Of a stretch of DNA of 64,000 bases, positions 58,238 to 64,000 are shown in pieces (position 1 is the stretch's first letter; the number at the start of each line of letters is the position of its first letter). Below the pieces are notes generated by a model. The model worked only from the letters and a program-made list of their open reading frames with translations. It was not told where the DNA came from and did no database searches. The stretch covers positions 1 through 64,000 of the forward strand of contig NW_027591235.1 of assembly GCF_964213995.1 (NCBI RefSeq), given 5' to 3'. Source of the DNA: Mustelus asterias (Eukaryota). Made by a program: the position numbers and the translations under genes.

Positions 58238-58596
58238 TCAAAGTTTATTCATTAGTCACAAGTAGGCTTACATTCACACTGCAATGAAGTTACTGCGAAA
58301 ATCCCTTAGTCGCCACACTCCGGCGCCTGCTCTGACACACTGCGGGAGAATTTAGCCTAGCCAATGCACCTAACTAGCACGTCTTTTTGACTGTGGGAGG
58401 AAACTGGAGCAGCCGGAGGAAATCCACGCAGACACGGAGAACGTGCAGACTCCGCCCAGACAGTGACCCAAGTCAGGAATCGAACCGGGTCCCTGGCCTA
58501 TTTGCTACCAAATAAACCTGTTGGACTTTAACCTGGTGTTGTGAGACTTCTTACTGTGAGACAGCCATGAGAACCATTGTGCCACAGTGCTGCCCC
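58238..58596 (-). mobile_element. V-SINE (alternative tail) with a Penelope fragment inserted at about 58499..58552
   Basis: The SINE head is split by TTTGCTACCAAATAAACCTGTTGGACTTTAACCTGG. Confidence 0.75.
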
Positions 58597-60264
58597 AAAT
58601 TTGTGTTTGATTCCAGGCATTATCAACTTTGTTCTTTCCCTTAAACAACAGGTGATTTCCATTTTCAATGCTTGAAATAGCAACTCACATCAGATGTTTA
58701 TCAATTCCAGTATCCTAAGCAGGCTTGGTGGTTTTCTGAAAAGTAAAGTCTTTTATTCTCTGCTTTAATTCTCAAAACTGTTGACTTCACTCAGAGCTGG
58801 AAACCATCATCACCTGTTTAAAAAACACAAACAATCCATCTGGCTCTGGCCAAGATCCCAGTGAGTTAATGTGTCCAATCACAGGTTACATTAAAAAACA
58901 AAGGCTGTGTGGAGATTTATAACAATCAACTGTCTGCTGAAAGTGTTAACTTCTCTGTGGAACCGAGAGAGGCGGGGAGTGGGCAGAGGAAACTTGGCAA
59001 TTGCATCAACTTACATAATTTAAAAAACTTCTCTCGTGTTATTTTCTTCAATTTTGTTCCAATTTCATCTCTTTTATCGATCCTTTTTTGAACACCAATT
59101 TCAACTTTCAATATTTTCCACTTAATCAAAGTTGAAAGAAATACTTTGTGAAATATGTTGTTAACCGAATCTCAACAATTTTAACTCAGATGTTTAGGAA
59201 AGTTGGAACTGGTTTGCTGCCAAACTGCAGCCTGATCTTTGTGTTTTGGGAGCAAATTGGCCTTCACAATTCTAACCTTGAACAACTTAATTTCAAACCC
59301 AAATACATTCCTTTCACATTTTAGTACAGTCTGAATTTATTTCAAACAGAAACACACGGCAGTTCAAATTAAATTAATTTTTATTCCCTTTCCAAACTAA
59401 TTCTTCGAATCTGTGATGCTTTCAAACAACACCCTGCTTCAACAATTATGACTCAAATGTACAGCATTCCTTCAACTGGGCAAACCAACTTGGAGTAAGC
59501 GTTGTGGATCATGATGGTGCAGAAGTCATGGCTAATCACACACACCTGCATTCCCTTATCACACAGGAGAGGCAGAGGAGAAGGGGGAGTGCTTTCAGTG
59601 ATTCTTTTTTTGGAGAAAACAACTACATCTGCTCACTGGTGACTGATTTGTGTCTCAGGTTGTTTGATGTTAGCTAAACACAGGGAGTGGTCTGCTTCAG
59701 GGGAGGTGTCACTTTGTGGCTGAATTAACTTCCTCAAAGTCCCCACGGCATTTTCTAACTCTTCACTTGATCTGATATTTTCTGACTGGAAATCAATATC
59801 TTGTTCCAGAGTTTGGCCGAACAGCAGTAGATTTTTCTGAGCTCCACTTACCCTATCATCTGCCCCCTGTTCTCAATGTAACTGATTGTCCAGGTGAGAC
59901 GTGCTCTCCTGCCAGCAATCAGCTCCATTCTGCAGCTTATCCACCAGTTCCCTCAACTCTTTATATTTTGTACTCAGCTGTGAGGCACAGGTTTCCAATG
60001 TAACTGTAAATTAATTTATTCTGGACTTTTTCCAACTTGCTGCTTCCTTTCTGAATCTCTTTAGAAAACCAATCAAGGACCCGCACGTAATCTCCGTCGC
60101 ATTCTTCTCCACCTCCCAGGGTATCTTTTGCTCCTGATGCCCTTGACTCCGTTGTCAATCTGTCAGTCACATTGTAGCAGATGCCAAAGCCATTGTTGTA
60201 TTTGCTTTTTTGAGGCAGCAGTGCTAACCACTGTGCCACTGGATGGAATGCTGGCCCAGTGGAG

Positions 60265-60817
60265 AGAAACATAGAAACTAGAAGCAGGAGTAGGCCATTC
60301 GGCCCCTTGAGCCTGCTCCACCATTCATCTTGATCATGGCTGATCATTGAATTCAATTTCCTGATTCGCCCCTTCCTTCCATATCCCTTGATCCCTTTAG
60401 CCCCAAGAGTATATCTCATATCTTCTTGAAATCAGGCAATGTTTTGGCCTCAACTATCGGGTGACATGGTGGCACAGTGGTTAGCACTGCTACCTCACAG
60501 CGTCAGGCATTTAATTCCAGCCTTGGGTGAGTGTCTGTTTGGAATTTGCATGTTCTCCCTGTGTCTGCGTGGGCTTCCTCCGGGTGCTCCAGTTTCCACC
60601 CACAGACCAAAGATGCCCAGATTCAGTGGATTTGCAATGTTGAATTCCCTCTTCGTCTCCCAAGCTGTGTGGGTTAGATAGGTTAGCCATGGTAAATGTG
60701 TGAGATTACAGGGATAGGGCAGGGGAGAGGGCCTGGGTAAGGTGCTCTGTTAGAGAGATGGTGCAGACTCGATGGTCCGAATGGTCCCTTCTGCACTGGA
60801 GGGATTCTATGATTCAA
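60265..60817. mobile_element. CR1 3' end (60265..60455, minus) and V-SINE (60459..60817, plus)
   Basis: The CR1 tail matches the one at 1850..2010; SINE A box GGTGGCACAGTGG. Confidence 0.75.
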
Positions 60818-61403
60818 TGAACACAGGAATGGTCAGAATTATTTCACATGTCCCAAATTTTAAATAACCATTACAATTAAAACTCTCTCATACTCATATG
60901 TGTGAGTTTGAATCTGGATTAAAATTCCCACAAGTTTAGCAAAGTTTCCTGGAATCATGTCTCTGGCCAGTAAATGTGGCTCCAGGTTCACAACTTTTAT
61001 GAAAAAAAGCTTTATTAATTACACGTCCTTTATTTAAATGTTTGATTTAAATCACAGACAGAAAACCTGAAAGCTTGAAGCATTCAACAAATATCATCCA
61101 CACACAAACAGAGAAACATAGCATGTGCTTTACAACAATAAACAAAATTAATTCCTTAAGCGTTCTTGTGGTTCTGTTTCTAAACTTCCAGAAATGCCTT
61201 TAATTAAAGACTCAAGATAAGGTTAATTCCCCAGAAAGATAAACCTTAACAAATGTAGCCCAAAACAATAATAAAACACATCTACAAACATCCACATAAA
61301 ACAAATGAAACACACAGGTTCTCACAGCTCGTAAATTTCAAACAATGAATCCTCAGCATTCTCTCTCGCAGCTATAGCTTCTTAAAGCGACAGAGCACCA
61401 CAA

Positions 61404-62325
61404 ACGTTTCGCAATATACATTAATGATTTGGAAGATGGAACTGAAGGCATTGTTGCTAAGTTTGCAGATGATACAAAGATATGTAGAGGGGCAGGTAGT
61501 ATTGAGGAAGCAGAGGGGCTGCAGAAGGACTTTGATGGGCTAGGAGAGTGGGCAAAGAAGTGGCAGATGGAATACAATGTGGAAAAGTGTGAGATTATGT
61601 ACTTGGGGAGGAGGAATGGAGACATCGACTATTTCCTAAATGGGGAAATGTTTCAGAAATCAGAAGCACAAAGGGACTTGGGAGTCATTGTTCAAGATTC
61701 TCTTGAAGTTAACGTGCAGGTTTAGTTGGCAGTTCGAAAGGCAGATGCAATGTTAGCATTCATGTCAAGAGGGCTAGAATACAAGAGCAGCGATGTACTT
61801 CTGAGACTGTATAAGGCTCTGGTCAGACCCCATTTGGAGTATTGTGAGCAGTTTTGAGCCCCACATCTAAGGAACGATATGCTGGTCTTGGAAAGGGTCT
61901 GGAGGAGCTTCACAAGAATGATCTCTGGAATGAAGAGCTTGTCGTATGAAGAATGGTTGAGGACTCTGGGTCTGCACTCATTGGAGTTTAGAAGGATGAA
62001 GGGAGATCTTATTGAAACTTAGTGGGAAAAAACTAGAGGGCACAACCTCAGGCTAAAGGGATGATCCTTTAAAACAGAGATGAGGAGGAATTTCTTCAGC
62101 CAGAGAGTGGTGAATCTGTGGAACTCTTTGCCACAGAAGGCTGTGAAGGTCAGTTCATTGAGTGTCTGTAAGACAGAGATAGATAGGTTCTTGATTAATA
62201 AGGGGATCAGGGGTTATGTGGAAAAGGCAGGAGAATTTGGATGAGAAAAATATCAGCCATGATTGAATAGCGGAGAAGACTCGATGGGCCGAGTGGCCTA
62301 ATTCTGCTCCTGTGTCTTATGGTCT
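61404..62325 (+). mobile_element. 5'-truncated CR1 inserted in the right inverted-repeat arm
   Basis: YINDL...AKFADDTK...WNSLP; same subfamily as 11475..12698. Confidence 0.85.
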
Positions 62326-63514
62326 AAGCTCACAACTCCTTGATTAAAATAAGACACAAGATCCTTCATTCCCCTTCATTATAACTTAAACTTTTTTTAG
62401 CCAACTTCCAAGGCCTGATTTTATCGGAAACATCAAGTCTTTGTTGATTTAAAATCCCAAACATGTTGCCAGCTGCAAAATCTTTGTTTTAGCTAATTTT
62501 AGCTCATTCTGAGTAAATATTCTCACCAGGTCCTCTGTTGGGGCCCTGCTAAGCAGCTTTAATGGTTCATGATTGCAGAAACTGAGCAGTCACAGGAATG
62601 TGGTTAAGATAGTCCAGTCCCACAATGCCTCACATTCAATCTGCAGTCCTTCAATTATAACAGAATATGTGGCTGTATGTAGCTGCCTCGGCCATGGTCA
62701 ACCCCAACACTGCCTTCCTGAACTGCTACAATGCCTGAGGTGTAAGTACACCCACAGTGCTGTTAGGGAGGGATTTCCAGCTACACATTCCACACTTTCA
62801 CTAGACTGTAGGTGGATATCAGATTGAGGTATTCCATTCAACCACACCCAAGGTGAGTTATTCCAATTCTGTTATTGTCCAGGACAATATATTCACAATA
62901 TCATTAAAACAGAAATTAAACATTCCCATTTGATTTCAGGTATTAACATATTCTGTTAGTTTGTTCTTTATTGTCGATGTCAGGCTGGGGTTGTTTCCCT
63001 TGGAGCAAAGGAGGTTGAGGGGAGATTTGATAGAGGTGGACAAGATTCTGACAGGTTTAGATAAGGTGGACAAAGAAAAGCTGTTCCCATTAGCTGATGA
63101 GACAAGGATGAGGGGGACACAGATTTAAGGTTTTGGATCAGAGATGCGTGGGGGTGGGATGTGACGAAGAATATTTTGATGCAGCGAATGGTAATGAGCT
63201 GGAACTTGCTGCCTACGAGGGTGGAGGAAGTGGAGACAATAAACAATTACAAAGGAAATTGGATGGGCATTTGAGGGGATTTCAAACAAAAATAGTGACT
63301 CTTAACTTCCTCACACCCTGTCACTCTGTGATCCTTGTGAAATTTGGTAACACGACTCAAAGAGCATCAGCCCACTGGAGGCAAAGTCATGAGACCGGCC
63401 AGTCCAGCAGAAAGAAACCCTCCGACCCTCCCCATTGACCAACTGTGAGAATGAACAAAATGCAGTCCTGGATGTAATTGAGAGCAGAAACAATAACAGA
63501 AACAACCCCTGGAA

Positions 63515-64000
63515 TCACTCGTGAACTTGTTGGTGTCTCAGCAGGGCGGATGAAAGACTGAATCTCTTCTCACACACAGAGCAGCTGAACGGTCTCTCCC
63601 CAGTGTGAACTCGCTGGTGTATCTGGAGGTGGGAGGACCGAGTGAATCCCTTCGCACATTGAGAGCAGGTGAACGGCTTCTCCCCAGTGTGAACTCGCTG
63701 GTGTGTCAGCAGGCTGGATGACTGAGTGAATCCCTTCCCACACTGAGAGCAGGTGAATGGCCTCTCCCCAGTGTGAACTCGCTGGTGTATCTGCAGCTGG
63801 GATGACTGAGTAAATCCCTCCCCACATTGAGAGCAGGTGAATGGCCTCTCCCCAGTGTGAACTCGCTGGTGTGTCTGCAGGTGGGATGACCGACTGAATC
63901 CCTCCCCACATTGAGAGCAGGTGAATGGCCTCTCCCCAGTGTGAACCCGCTGGTGTGTCTGCAGGTGGGATGACTGAGTGAATCCATTCCCACACTGAGA
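63515..64000 (-). CDS. C2H2 zinc-finger gene, 3' part (about 6 fingers), running off the window
   Basis: Open frame [25 protein letters not shown]... to the stop at 63515..63517, followed by the shared 3' cassette. Confidence 0.8.
   Translation of the reverse strand, partial: SQCGNGFTQSSHLQTHQRVHTGERPFTCSQCGEGFSRSSHLQTHQRVHTGERPFTCSQCGEGFTQSSQLQIHQRVHTGERPFTCSQCGKGFTQSSSLLTHQRVHTGEKPFTCSQCAKGFTRSSHLQIHQRVHTGERPFSCSVCEKRFSLSSALLRHQQVHE

Overview
Vertebrate genomic DNA, very likely from a shark (elasmobranch-type V-SINE/HE1-like SINEs, CR1 LINEs, Penelope-like remnants). The left end holds one apparently functional T-cell receptor alpha/delta-type V segment (leader exon, 85-nt intron, V exon, 23-RSS; minus strand). 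The rest is a birth-and-death cluster of 11 tandem C2H2 zinc-finger (ZNF) loci: 5 open ORFs, 1 open ORF running off the window edge, 1 long array cut by a premature stop, and 4 pseudogenes or fragments. They were built by direct and inverted duplication of a cassette: CpG promoter, conserved splice acceptor, a 5' leader made of dead fingers, a finger array starting MEKPWKC, a shared 3' UTR and a CR1 relic. No KRAB, SCAN, BTB or FiNZ-type effector domain is visible. The window also contains a full-length, TSD-flanked CR1 with two intact ORFs, a 3'-truncated Tx1-clade LINE, a Rex1/Babar derivative, a solo LTR with TSD, hammerhead-ribozyme-bearing Penelope-derived elements and nested insertions. 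The best candidate for an undescribed system is the effector-less ZNF cassette family. Its start codon appears to derive from a finger linker, it carries a conserved uORF and an in-frame stop just upstream, and it is served by NRF1-bounded, probably bidirectional promoters next to a CRE/TEAD minisatellite. All calls were made by eye, with no database searches, and most repeat boundaries are approximate.
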